Below are positions 1 through 13,322 of a DNA stretch of 64,000 bases, in pieces. The stretch spans positions 18,820,912 through 18,884,911 of the forward strand of contig NC_092675.1 of the NCBI RefSeq assembly GCF_964355755.1, given 5' to 3'. Below the pieces are notes generated by a model. That model made no database searches, was not told the origin of the DNA, and saw nothing but the letters and a program-made list of their open reading frames with translations. The first letter of the stretch is position 1. Each line of letters opens with the position of its first letter. The translations under genes and the position numbers were made by a program. Source of the DNA: Antedon mediterranea (Eukaryota > Animalia > Echinodermata).

Positions 1-2806
1 GCGCCCAATCATGTTGAAGTATAACATCCGAATTTTCCAATTACAGAAGCGATAATATTTAGTCGATTCCGGTAACCGTACTGAATATTATTTGCGCCTG
101 TATTGTCTTACGTTTAGTGTTAAGTTCATGAATCATGGCGTATAATACAGGCATCACATGTGATTCAAATGTGACATTGCATTACAGTATTGTCATATGT
201 AACAATACTGGAAAGGATTGGGGAGCTGCAGAATCGGGTTCCGTCCTCTAACAATGCTATTAGGCCTACCTTCCAAAATCATGTACAGTATATTTTATAC
301 ACAGCCGATAATTGCGACCTATCGCCCCCTATAGTTTCAGATGCTGCAAACTTGAAGTTTATAGAGAGATGTTGACACTCAGGAACATCGGGTAAAACAC
401 AGATCATAATATTAATAGGCCTCTTAATTTTTCTGTACAAAGTATAGGGCAAATACAAAATTACAGATTATTGGTTGACTACAGTTTTGAGATTTGATAT
501 TTTTATAGCTTTCAGCAACGGAGTGATGTCACGTGCAAAGGTTTGGTTCAGCAAAACAAAAATATATTTACAAGTTTATATATCATATTTTCAAATACAA
601 GCTTAAAAAATCTTGACTATTATAAAATGTCTTTTGGAAGTGATCAATAAATCAATGTTCACGATGCATATCGATTACTGTCTGTCATTACATCTAATGC
701 TTTCTATCATGTTCAATATAAATCTGTTATTATTTTATGCATTATTAGTCAATTACCGTATTGACAGTATCTATTTAAGTAAATCGATGCTGTGAATGTG
801 TAGCATACGTACAACTGTGTATGAAAAGTGTATGAAAGTAAGTAAGCTATACCAAGGAAATAAGTCGATGGACTTCAGCACTGTTCGGCCGGATGAATTT
901 TGATGGGAACAAGTAAGAGGACAAAACAATGGCAACATTTACGATTCTTGTTATTTTAGATGTGTAGTATCCTATATATCACATAGCTGGTGTTTTTTAC
1001 ATTAACACCGTAGAGTCTGTTTTAGCGTACCATTTTCTTTTTTTACAAAACCCAACAGTCATTCGGAAGCCCTATCCCAGGCGGTGTGACGCGCCACTTT
1101 TTTTTCTACCTGTATTATTCACTTCTTCCTTCACGTTGGTTGTACCTATCCTCTACTAACGGTACCAGTACTAGATAATACGCCTTTAATTAGATGACGC
1201 ATTTAAAATGCCACGCACGTTCGTCGAATCATTACAAGGATCCCGCCTCAATACTGTCATTTAAAGAGGATCCTTGGATCACGTGATATTTTTTGAAATT
1301 GATAGAATACTGAATGCAGCGAAGACGGCCTACGCATTGAACAGTCATTGAACAAATGTATTGGATAAAATTAAACATTGAAATTCTATGGGAAGCTATA
1401 TAGAGGATGTACAGTGATTGTTATTTTTCAATTGGAAGCCACATTAGGTACAATACGCTACGGGATGCTTACTACACGGTGCGCTAATGCTTGAGTGCAT
1501 GGCGATATTATTGTTGTTTGTCAAGCAGCAAAACATTAGAAGATTAAGGTATGTGCTTCCTTATATTTCCAATGTGAATATATACTACACCCGATACTAC
1601 AGTACAATACTTTACAAATAGTACATGTGTATATTTCTCATATGCTTTGATTTAAATAATAATATAAAACATAGTATATTAAAATAAGAAGACGTTATCA
1701 GTAAAATATAATGTTATTTTTTTATTACGGTTTAAGAGCATTAAATTCAGCACCGACAGCCAGAGTTGAAAAATTTGGTTTTAAAATATCACATGCACAA
1801 ATAAAAATTTCGGGTAAAACGAAGAAAGATTATAAACAATAGCAAAATTATAACATAAATTACATGGTTGGTTTCCTTTTTCCTGTTTGTTCATGAAGCC
1901 CAATAAGAAGCATTGCATATGTAGAGTTTAAATTTGATAATAGCCCAATTACTGCAGCTGGAAACTGAATGAATGGAAATTGATTTTCTCTTAATTAACC
2001 ACAGTAGGTCTAACATACTTAATATTATCTATGTAGATATAATAATAGTATAACTTTACCTGTGTTTAGTGTCTTTAATGTAACTCCCATATATTAATAT
2101 AAAGATACTATCCATCTGTGACGGCAAGAAAAAAACATAGAAAACAGGTGGTTAAAAACTGGTGAGTCAATGTCAACGTATTGGTGTCATTAACAAAATC
2201 ACTCATTAGTTAAGTATGTAAATTGAAATGTTACAAATTCAGTGGATGTCTGTAGTTTTGGTGGTGGACATGGTGCCTCCAATCCTGTAGGTCACGTGCA
2301 CATTCATTCAGTACAAATTGATATCGGGATTTAGAGATAAGTATACACATGATCATGCTAATTAATTGCCACCTTGATATCGATGAGTTATAATTCTATT
2401 TTTTTTAAACATAAACGTGATAATTATGTGTAATAGTTCTGAATAGATCTAAAAAGACAAACTAACATAGTTTTATAATGTGAACTTCACAAAATATCAA
2501 TAAATCATTGTTTAATCCGATACTAAGTCCTAAGTAAATGGGCAATTAGGTAGCATTGGTACAGTCAAACAGACAAAAAGGCTGTATATACATAGCAATT
2601 GTACATTTGGGACTTGTTTCCATCCACATTATTTGAACATATATTTAATGATATACCATGGTCATAAATAATTGCAGGCAAATTGCTTAGTTCCATCCAT
2701 TTGTCAATTTTAAAACACGTTATACATGTCATGATCTAGTTTGAAATTTTTATTACTAAATAACATCATTGAGAAATACTTGTACAATAGTAGTGGAAAG
2801 ATGAAA

Positions 2807-2936
2807 AGCAAGGCCATATACATGGCTGCAGTCGCGTGCGCAAATTTGAGTTAGTGTTTACCGACCGACCAACCGACCGACCAGCCAACCGACCGACATA
2901 GTGAGCTGTAGAGTCGCGTTTGCACGCGACTAAAAA
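2807..2936 (+). mobile_element. Short non-autonomous Helentron/DINE-1-like (HINE) element
   Basis: Subterminal inverted repeat AGTCGCGTGC (2830-2839) / GCACGCGACT (2922-2931), an internal (CCGA)n microsatellite, and a 3' hairpin AGTCGCGT-ttgc-ACGCGACT (2912-2931) followed by an A-run. A second copy lies inverted at 52736-52824. Confidence 0.6.
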
Positions 2937-2981
2937 CGATGTTACTTAATGTCTGATCAAAAATAATACGTCCTATACTTC

Positions 2982-3184
<203 letters not shown>

Positions 3185-3392
3185 AAACAATGTGTGGTAC
3201 CAATATTAATGTAACATAATTACAGCATACCTCGTAATGGCTTTATTATGATGTGCTTAAACGCTGGGGAAATGTGGATAGAATCATCTTGGATGAGTAA
3301 GATCACGATGTATCATTGTAAAAATGTCACAAGCTTACCATCTTAATGTTAATCTTAAAGTTGCTATTGGTATTGTTTTAATGATGAACTGT

Positions 3393-3500
3393 AAAGCTCT
3401 GTCTGCACTATCAAACTATAGTTCGACAACAGCAACAACAGTGAAATGTGCCTAAATATGACACATTAAATTTTTTTGTCACATAAACAGGACTATTTTC
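3393..3500. mobile_element. Partial copy of the AGCTCTGTCTGCACTAT-terminated MITE family
   Basis: Starts with AAAGCTCTGTCTGCACTATCAAACTA, matching the TIR of the element at 12537-12678. The other end has decayed. Confidence 0.5.
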
Positions 3501-4028
3501 AAACGAATGAAAGTTTGTTTAAATAATTTTAATTGTAAGTTACAAAAATGGAATAATAAATCACATTTCCTCTATCGTTTTTGTTTGTAATCTAAACATA
3601 ATTTTTCTAGTGATACATCATTTTGTTTTCTTATAATTGGATGTCCAATATTACTGTACAGCTTAGCAGCTATAAATAGTGGATATCTTCTAATTCATAA
3701 CACTCTGGTAACACTCAATGACAGGATATTATTCAACCTCACGTCAGTTTAGAAAGAGGGAAATGTATGCCATAATATTCCAGATCTATAAACACAAAAT
3801 ATAAAATATTCATAGAAAGTGAACATAAATGTGCATTCTGATGGATACCCACTTCAAAAATTAGCATATAAAATGAAACACAGAAAAAATCAATTTTATG
3901 ATCATACATTATAGTTTATTTGATCATTTTTTAACATATTACATTATAGCAAAGTAAGGTAGAAAAAAAGATTACTGTACTATAATACATTCGAACATCT
4001 TTCTTGTCTGATGGCCTGTTCATACTAA

Positions 4029-4341
4029 TGCTTGGTTCCCACTTAAGCTTGGTTCCCACTAGAACGTAACGCAAGGACGTAAACGCAACGCAAGCGTTTT
4101 AACCAATGACAAGCGAAGTTATAGACAGTTAGCAATCACAAGCAAATAAGCCATCGCTTGTGATTGGTCAATTCACTTGCGTTGCGTTACGTCCTTGTGT
4201 TGCGTCGCTAGTGGGAACCACGCTTTAGTACCCAACGTAAGCCGCAACGCAAGCAAACTGACCAATCACAAGCGACAATTTTCTTTTGACTGGTCAATTC
4301 ACAGTGCGTTGCATCCAACTCACCAAATGTGGTACCCAACT
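4029..4341. mobile_element. Older related MITE interrupted by the 179-bp element
   Basis: TGCTTGGTTCCCAC at 4029-4042 continues after the insert as GTACCCAACGTAAGCCGCAACGCAAGC...GACCAATCACAAGCG...GTGGTACCCAAC, with the same internal motifs as the inserted family. Confidence 0.65.
4046..4224. mobile_element. 179-bp PIF/Harbinger (Tourist-like) MITE
   Basis: TIRs AGCTTGGTTCCCACTAG / CTAGTGGGAACCACGCT and a 3-bp TSD TTA (4043-4045, 4225-4227). A near-identical copy lies at 38352-38530. Confidence 0.85.
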
Positions 4342-5494
4342 CTTGACACAAACAACGTTTACTATCTGTACTCGTTTATTCTTCTTCTGCTACCGTTTTG
4401 AACCGAAAGTCTATTGTTATTAACATAATATTATAAAGGTATAATATTATACATATCACCAGTTTGGTACATAAACTATACACGTGATATGTGTTAACAA
4501 AGCACATAAAAACATGATTCATTCGAAGTAAACTGCTGTGAGGGTAGCAGGTATCGAGTTGCCACTTATGGGAAAAGAATACTTAATAAGCTATGAGTAT
4601 GAGATTTATTACTTGAAAGATCACCGCTATCATATATTAGGCCAAAGGGCATCAAGTAGGTAATTTTTACATCGATATTACAATTATTATGACACAAGTT
4701 ACCGACAATATGCATTTCTTAATTAAAATCTTCCTATGTTGTAAGGTAATTTCCGATGATCTTAAAGACATTCAAACTGACTAAAGTAGACTGATTATCG
4801 TTGTCGATGATACAATGAGTCTTGAGCAGTATTATCTCTCGGATATCACTCACTATCTCTAAGATATTACATTTATGGAGATCGTAGATTCACCACTGTC
4901 TTTAGATAGATCTAGACTGACTATTGACAGTCATAGATACGAGTCTATGTGTATATTATAGTACTGTTAATACAATGCTATCACTGTCACTAAATTCGTA
5001 TGTAGACATAATGTGTACCTAGAGACCGAACTTTAAAGAATCGGATGGTAGATTTGCCATACCTTTGTCAGTACTTAAATAGTACACTGGAAAAACATTT
5101 ACTACTCGTGTGGGAAAATTACAGTGTGTCAGTGGATGTTACATTGCCATCTGTTTTGAAGGGACACACATAAAACACAATTCGTAGAAGAACCTTTACA
5201 AAATTATCATTGACACTCTTTGCAAACTTCTGGAGTTTTTAGTGAACCGCGCATTGAGTAGACCCTACCGATTCTCATAACGGTGTCGTGTCTAAGGACA
5301 AAACTGCTAGTCTATTCATGTCAAGCGACAATAAATCCAGGCCCATCCCTAAAACATGACGGTAGGCCTAACTCATGTGAGAGAAAGGCTATAGTCATCA
5401 GATAATTAGAAACTGTAGGTGCTGTTTGTTGCCTGTTACAAAACCGTACAGGAATCTTGTAACTCTATTATGTTTATTTACTGTATCCAAATAC

Positions 5495-6095
5495 TCAATT
5501 CAATTTCAATTCAATTCAATTCAATTTCTTTATTGCTGCAAATGCTAATATCCGCTTAAACATACTACATCATACAAACATATACATATTTACATTTAAA
5601 ATTTAAACACATACAAATTATAGTCATTACTACTGTTTTAGTTATTATTATTTTTTAATTAATAATAATAATTATTGTTATTATGATTATTGTTATTGTT
5701 ATTATAATAATTAATAAAGTGTAAACAATTATAGGTTACATCTCAAGGGCAGTTTTAATGTCAAGCACAGAAGAGGAAGACACGTTAAAATGAAAAGATT
5801 GAGCGAGTAAGAGTAAGTGAGCTAGAGTAGAGTGAAGAAAACGAGTAGTGTGACCTTTAAAGGGAAGATGAGAAGAGTGTCGATTATGGCGAAGGACCAT
5901 AGATATAGTACGAACAGGAGGAAGAAATGGACGAAGAGGGTGTTGAGGGGACTGCGTGATGGTACAAAGAAATTTAAGTAAAAAATACTGATGCCTTAAA
6001 TTGAAGGGAATAATATTTAAATTAGAAAAAAATGGCGGGATAGGTAAATTAAGTAGCATGATCAGAGTGAAGTTTAGCGACATAGAGTTCATCAT
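5495..6095 (-). mobile_element. 5'-truncated LINE (CR1/L2-group) 3' end
   Basis: Minus-strand ORF 5736-6095 contains HPLRPFLPP...LRH...TTRFLHS, resembling the ORF2 C-terminus of L2/Crack/Daphne-type LINEs. It is followed by an AT-rich 3' UTR, AATAAA (tttatt at 5529-5534) and a (TTGAA)n tail. Confidence 0.7.
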
Positions 6096-8341
6096 CTTTC
6101 CTTATTAATTATTCATTTTGATCGTTTTAACATACTAAAAATTAACCAACATTCAATATTAAAAACTATACTAGGAAAGGAGCTTTAATACAAAATTATT
6201 TGAGTAATTCTACACCACTCTACAAAGTGGAAAAAGACGTTTATATAAAAAAATAGCAATTAAACATAAACGGTTTGTTTTGAAACAGCAAAACGAAGTT
6301 GTTGACATTCACACATTTCAATGTGGAAGATTATCAATGAAATTAAAATGCACACCATTTGATTAATTTTTAACAAGTTGTTTTGTTTTGTCTGCGCATC
6401 TATAAACAGTCAATTAATTCACATGACTAGTTCAAACCTTTTCTCCAGCTTTCGTCAGCTCATTAGAAGGATTAAGCACTGACGTTGTTCTGGATAGATC
6501 ATGATTCGAACCCAAGGGCATTTTTTCTCCTATCAGGTTTGGGAAGAGATCATGAATAATTCATGAGATTAATGAAATTATAGAGGGCGTTATATGATTT
6601 CTGCCTTAAGATAATAGGGAAAAATAAAGCAACTCCGGGCCCTGGAAATTTAACGCACGCAAGCTAAAATTCCTCTTTAATATCATAAATTTGCAAGTAT
6701 CCACATCGTAAAGACACATATACCTTGAGGCAATATATGTTGCAAGGTAAATATAAAGAATTTTCCATTATCACTAGATTTTTATATGATTAAACTTTGA
6801 TATATCTCACATAATGAGACAATGTTTACGTGTTTTGACTCAGAATGTGCAAAAGGTTTACTTTATTTAAATTAAAATAAAACTTATAATCTATATTGTT
6901 GATTGGTTGTGTCATACATGTATTAAGATATTTATAATCTATCAATCCATGCGATAATAATTTGAACAAATAGATACATAATACAAACAATGTCTTACTG
7001 CGTCTCAACAACCATCAGCAAATCATTAGTAATGTATGCTAAGTTTACCCTATGCAAGCTACATACCAATTTCTTCCTTTCATTACAGATCCGTTTTACT
7101 ACTCATATAGAAAATGAAATAAAGAAATGTATAATTGGAATTAAAATTAAGTATCTTGATACTATTGCATATGACACCATAAATCAAATTACACACTCAG
7201 TTTTGTAGTTACACAAAAAAAGTATTATACCTTTAATTGATTAAGTTGAGTATTAAAACAATAATAGTGGTTTCATTGGTTTTTATGTATGAATCTGTAC
7301 ATGATAGCGTTGATTTAATGAATACTTCATATCCAAACACGCTATGTTTGCAAATCAGATAACTTAATAGCAAAGAAAACATTCTCAGAAAACTATAAAA
7401 TCCTCTATAAAAACATAGAAATAATAACACGTCGATATAACGTTGTTTATAATGGAAAAGCAAAACAAGAAGAGATTACCTACAAATCCCTGGCAATGAT
7501 TTAGGCCAAAATGTTCAATGTGAAAACAGACTATTATTGCATGATACATGGCTCAGTTGGACGATGTAATCCATTATCCACTTTATCATTGTCCATACAA
7601 TCTGTTAGAATCACCAAATAAATAATTATTTCTATTTACGGTACAATGAAATACGAATGTTGATGGTGATGAAGCTAGAAAACTTCAGTATAGCCTACTA
7701 AATTAACACAATAGAGACACAAATCAGAAAAAAAATCGTAGCTGGATGCAATATACCCAATAAATCAACCTGATAGATTATTGCATATAATTATGTTTCT
7801 ATCAAATTATAATGTATTTAATATTTAAGATTCTTTTAAATCTAAATTTAGAGGAGAAAAAAAATAACAATACGTTGTCAGCATGAGCAAATAGTATTTA
7901 AATCCATCTCTGCCAAATTGTGAAATGTATTTCTGTTGACGTATTATTTTGTACTATGAACATCAATTATTTGAATAATAATTAGAAATATCTGTGCCTG
8001 TCGTATTGAGGAATCTTGTAATTATGTTTTTTTTTAGAATTGTTTGAACTTTTTTAGTTTGTTTGTGAATATTTAAATCCAAACGTGATCTGTCAAATTT
8101 AAAACATTATAAAGTACTCGTGAATATTCTCATTGTTTATATGATTTAGTTGTGTCCGTGTTATAACTGGCAAATAAATATTTTCATAAACATTGGTTCA
8201 TAGGCCTACTGTTTTTCTTATACTGATTTCCACTGTTCTGAAGTTACAGGAAAAACTATTTGTTTCTCCTGTTTTTATTTGCGTTTCTTAACGTCAGTGT
8301 TATGACCATTGTATAACCATCTTGAGAGAGAATCCTACTAC

Positions 8342-8403
8342 TGTTTGTTTGTTTGTTCATTTTTATACTGGGTGACCTCTTCAGTCAAAGACTGATCTCT
8401 CAG
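8342..8403 (-). mobile_element. Probable LINE/SINE extreme 3' end
   Basis: Minus strand shows a stem-loop CAGTC-ttt-GACTG followed by a (CAAA)n tail. Confidence 0.4.
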
Positions 8404-9944
8404 ACTATAACGACATGAATTTTTGAAATCTTAAAATTAAATATACAATAAGTCCCACTTGAACATAAACGGTCCTCTTGAGTATAACAATGAAACTTAA
8501 TGAAAATCGAAGGATATTACATTTCTTTAAATTGCTAAGCTGATCTAAATTGGAATTAACCATTCTTGTTCTCTAGGGATATAAGCAACTACATGACTGG
8601 TTTAATATGCATGCAATTTGTGAAGGGTAATTTACCTGGCAGGTTAAACCATGTATATTATCAATACTCTATCACATTGCTTGAGGCATAAACCTATACC
8701 CATGGTTAAACATGGATACTTAAGAGTGATACAAAAAAGCCTGCATGTATCTTTCTGAAGAAAAAAAAGGAATAGAATAAATAAAGAGCAACAGAAAGAA
8801 GAACAACAATCTTACACTTTTACTTTATTGTGTCGTGTTTGAAATGAAATAAATATCGATACCAATTAAATATAACACATGGAAAACAACATACTCAAAA
8901 TCGACATTTATATTAATTAGCGGAAAAAATTCATTATTTAATTCAACGACATACAATGCAATTATTTTGGTACTGTAGGCAGTTTCTCGCAGATGAGAAT
9001 AACGAAATAATTTTCACAAACTCAGACAGAAGGAAGGACAACCTGAAACTCAACTCACATTGCTAACAGTTTCCATGGATTACTAACACAAATGTATTTA
9101 GAAATAGAAATCAGAAAATCAAATTTGTCAACAACATTACAAATTCAGAAATCCAGGTCTAATTAAGACGTATAAGCAACGTTAAGGACAATTACGTATA
9201 TGTACTATGGGCGGCAGATTAATTCACAAAGTACTTATCGCAAGGATAATCGAGAATGCGAGATGTCATATTGAATTGGATCATTTCTCCCTTTACATAG
9301 CTTCTGGTATTTCACGCTCAAGTTCACGTTTTGACAATTACGCTACTACAGTTCTAAAACTAGGTGATCTAAAATTACCGGATACATTCCAGTTAACGAC
9401 ACCTGTTAAGTAGGCTCCGTCATTAGCGATAGGAAAGGCAAATTACTTATGGTAGAATGTGTGTATATATAGATATTACCAGCTAGGCCTAATTGCCATT
9501 TTTTGTTTTTTTACATCAATATTTTGAAAATATAAATATGAATCAAGAAAGATTGTTTTAATTCAGATTTCACAGATATTATTTTATATTTTTTTTCATT
9601 AAATAAATGATGATGGAATTGATGTTGTGTAGCAATTTCAAATCAGTGTTCTGGTCTATTTCTTCCTAATGATCGTATTTTCATATTATGTTGTCCTTAA
9701 TTTATCCATTTACTTTTTGAGTGGAAAATGCAATATTTGCGAACATCATTGATAACTAAGTTTAAGTAAGTTTGTTTCGTTTTCAAAAGAAAAAAAATCC
9801 CATTCAAAGAATATTAAAAGGACGTTCACGTTGCAAAGTTTGTCAAGAGATTGCAGAGAAAGCTAACCTAACCCTCTATATTTTTATATAAAATTTTTGA
9901 GGAAAAACATTCCAATCAAGGAGAAAAGATAATATTTCGAAATT

Positions 9945-10030
9945 ATACATATATACATATTTGTATTCAATATATTACACAGAGGCGCCTTACAAGGTGG
10001 AACCATCTTAGCGTCAAGGCGCCTCAGATT
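9945..10030 (-). mobile_element. Probable LINE 3' terminal stem-loop and tail
   Basis: 10-bp inverted repeat GAGGCGCCTT / AAGGCGCCTC next to a (TATG/TA)-type tail on the minus strand. Confidence 0.35.
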
Positions 10031-10335
10031 ATATTTTGAGATTAAAAGTACACTGTTTGTTATAGATACTATACATCTGATGTTTATGTTTATGTCCGTA
10101 GCCGCGGCATGATTATTTACATTATTACATTAAAGATTCCCTCACAGTGGAATGTAATATAAAAATACAAACAAAAAAATGAATTATTAAAAATAGAATA
10201 ATTCAAATATCCATGACTCGTTTGAGTCGAAAGTCAATCGAAAATTAATACTTCTCATTATTATTGATTAATACAACATTTAACTAAAATACGTTTTGTC
10301 ATGGTGATTAACCTATTTTATTCGCTTCCTTTCAG

Positions 10336-10391
10336 GTTTCGAATTGCGTACTTAACTATAGAAGAACATAAAGCAGTTGCATCAGAGTAAG
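10336..10391 (+). other. Candidate non-coding 5' UTR exon (possibly of the GPCR gene)
   Basis: Polypyrimidine acceptor ttcgcttcctttcAG and donor AAG|GTAAGG. The GPCR ATG directly follows an acceptor AG, so an upstream exon is expected. Confidence 0.3.
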
Positions 10392-12536
10392 GTAAGGTAT
10401 CATTAGTTTTCCATTCTGAATAATAATGTGTTATATTTTTAAAAGAAAATGCCAAATTGCATTTCTAAAAATAGCCAAGGAAGAATGATTATTTTCTCAA
10501 TAGATTTACTTTACTGAAGAAATGTTTGGACAAAATAGATAGGTTCATAGTGTAAACATGTTAAAGTGGCAATTATATCGGGTGTGGTCTTATCATCACT
10601 AAGACTTAGATTTATTAATAATAAAAACGCCACTGTTTTTGTGTGTAGGATGTATTCTATAAATAGTGCTCAGTTAAGCTATTTGGCAAGTTAAGTAACA
10701 TTTAATCATCACACCCGTTAAACAAGCGAGAAATAGGAAAAAAATATAGTTGTAATGTTATGTCTAGCATTCGTGTTACGCCTACGAAAATTATATTGTT
10801 TTCCTATACATTCATTCGGTTTTAAAACTGGGTTGCTGAAAAATATAGCACTGTTTTTTTTTAAATATAAGTTATCTTGTGAATCGACTCTAACATTCAA
10901 TTATTATTTTTTTTTTAAATCTTAAACTTAATTTATCTATAATGATATTGACTGAATTACTAGTAATATCTAGACATATTGATCGCTCAATGCTATTTCA
11001 TGTTTTTTTTTAATAAGCATTTTCATTTATTTAATGCCACAGGCTAGCCTAGAAATCCTTCACTATACTTCATTATTTTCCAAATACATCTTGCAATTTA
11101 AAAAAAAAAAACATGTTTCTAATATATATTTGAAGATAATGCATATTTAACGATAATGGTGATGAAAAATTATTTCTAAAAATGCACTCGATTTTGAGAG
11201 AGAAAGTGTAATCCTGTAACACCTGACTGTTCACTATTTATGTTACGTTGGTATGAATGATGATTATTCTCTGCATCGTATCTCGACTATTTGAAATGAA
11301 CAAAACCATTATTGTTATGTTTGGCTAACATACATAATCCAGCAAAATGTTGTAATCAATATTTTAGGATGTCTTGTCTTGAAGTGTCGTCAAATGAATT
11401 AATGGACTATTTTTGTTTTATTATTTGTATTGTTGACATGCGCAGCGTTTCATAGGTCGTTGACTGCAGAGACGGTAGGAAATGACAAAGAACTATACGG
11501 CACTTAAATAAGCAGATAAGGTAGCGTAATAGAATGTAGTAATGAATACAAACTACAATTATTGCAGTATGCATTCAAAATATCTTCAGTTTCATCTTGC
11601 TGTTTGTTTCTACATTTTAATCTTCACCAAGCTCTGCAGCGTGCATATTAAATGTAGCCTAGGACATATTAGCATAAACCTAATTTTACCAAACCTTCAT
11701 GATACACCATTGGTCACCCTGAATCATCACAATATATTTACTGGAGAAAAATGCCATAATATTCGAATCCGGTGGAGGATGAAATTCTCTTAAATTGAAA
11801 AAAGAATTAAGCTTTTGACGCAATTGGTTATGACAGCTTCGGACCATTCCCCATATTTTTAAGCAATTTACAAATAGTATAGGTTGCCTCGCCATCTTAA
11901 CCAAAATCTAGCTTTATCTTCTTTCTTATTTTAATAGGCCTACTTATAAATAATAAAGAAAACCTAGAATTACTTTTTTCTTTGAAACACATAATTATGG
12001 CCTACCACAAACGTTACTGTAAGAATAAGGATTGAATGTTCTTGATTAATTACTTTATTTTGATTGAGAATGATAATGAATAATATTATTGGTGCAAGTT
12101 TTTAAGTGATGATTTTGGAAGTAATGAAGGGTTTTTTTTATAATCAGTGTTTTTGAGATTATACACATATATGAGATGTGAGGATGTTGATTAAGAACTT
12201 TTTCAGAAACTAATCCTCAGGCTTAGGTATTCTTTTTTTAATGAAATCTAGCCTTATTCAACTGCCATTAGACACGCTATTTTGGAACACGGTGATGTGC
12301 AACCCTGGTTTCTGTTTTTATGCATTTTTTTTATTAAGCCACCAAGGCTTAGGAAGTGTGTAGGCAAACGTATGCTATTTTTAAGCATTGAACATTTTGT
12401 TGTTATTATTGAAGATGATTATTCCTTGTACGATTACTGGGGTTTGGCTTGGAGGGCCGGAACGGCTAAACAAAACTGACTTTTTAGTCAAATCAGATCA
12501 TTGAGTAAATCCATGAACAACAGATTTCTTGTCTAA

Positions 12537-12678
12537 AGCTGTCTCTACACTATCAATCTAGATTGACAAAAGAAGTGTGATATGTGCAAATATGGTAGTG
12601 ATATATGTTTAAATATGGTAGTGATATGACGTCATCATGTCCATATATGTGCATTTTTTTTATAGTGCAGACAGAGCT
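12537..12678. mobile_element. MITE with imperfect TIRs
   Basis: AGCTGTCTCTACACTAT ... ATAGTGCAGACAGAGCT, with internal duplicated AAATATGGTAGTGATAT. Confidence 0.65.
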
Positions 12679-12744
12679 GAAAGCGAGATTTCTTTGAAAA
12701 AAAATGCGAGAAGTATAGACATTTTTCCACACATTTTATATTAA

Positions 12745-13322
12745 AGCTCAGATACAGGCATGAATTGTAAATATCTGGTTAATTGTACATAAATCAAATA
12801 TTTGTAACAGAAATCAAGATGAAAAAACATGAATTTCCCTTAATATGGTCAAATAGAAAATTTGGAAAAATTCTGCTATAAAAACCAGGAAGACCTTTTT
12901 TCAGTAGTTATGTATTTTAACCTAATGTAATAACATGTCTGGTGACTCCCTAGAAGGTGAAAAAAGATGGTGGATATACGGTGGATAATTTTTCCTATAG
13001 CATGAAAATAAAAATGTGAAGTTGAATAAAAATACCAGAAATGTAAAATTCAAGTTATTTTACCTATATTTAGTCAACTGATAACATTTTTTACCACACC
13101 GTTTATTTTTCATAGCTTTTTAAAATGCCTCTCTATTTACAAAATTTGTGTACAAAAGATTAGAGATTTTACTGTGTAATTTGAACTATCCCCCAACTGA
13201 TAAGAAAGTGTTTATTTTCAACAAGCTCGTTTAACACAAATAAAATCCCAAAAATTATGAAACATAGAGGAAACTATAGATCGATAATTATTGGAATGTA
13301 TGATCAATAGAAATTCTGGCCT
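12745..13322. mobile_element. Possible degenerate Kolobok-like non-autonomous element
   Basis: TTAA|AGCTCAGAT ... TTCTGGCCT|TTAA gives TTAA flanks and AG/CT termini, but the TIR match is weak. Confidence 0.3.

Noticed and set aside
11542-11904. Overlapping short ORFs on both strands
   Set aside because: No recognisable domain or consistent splice signals.
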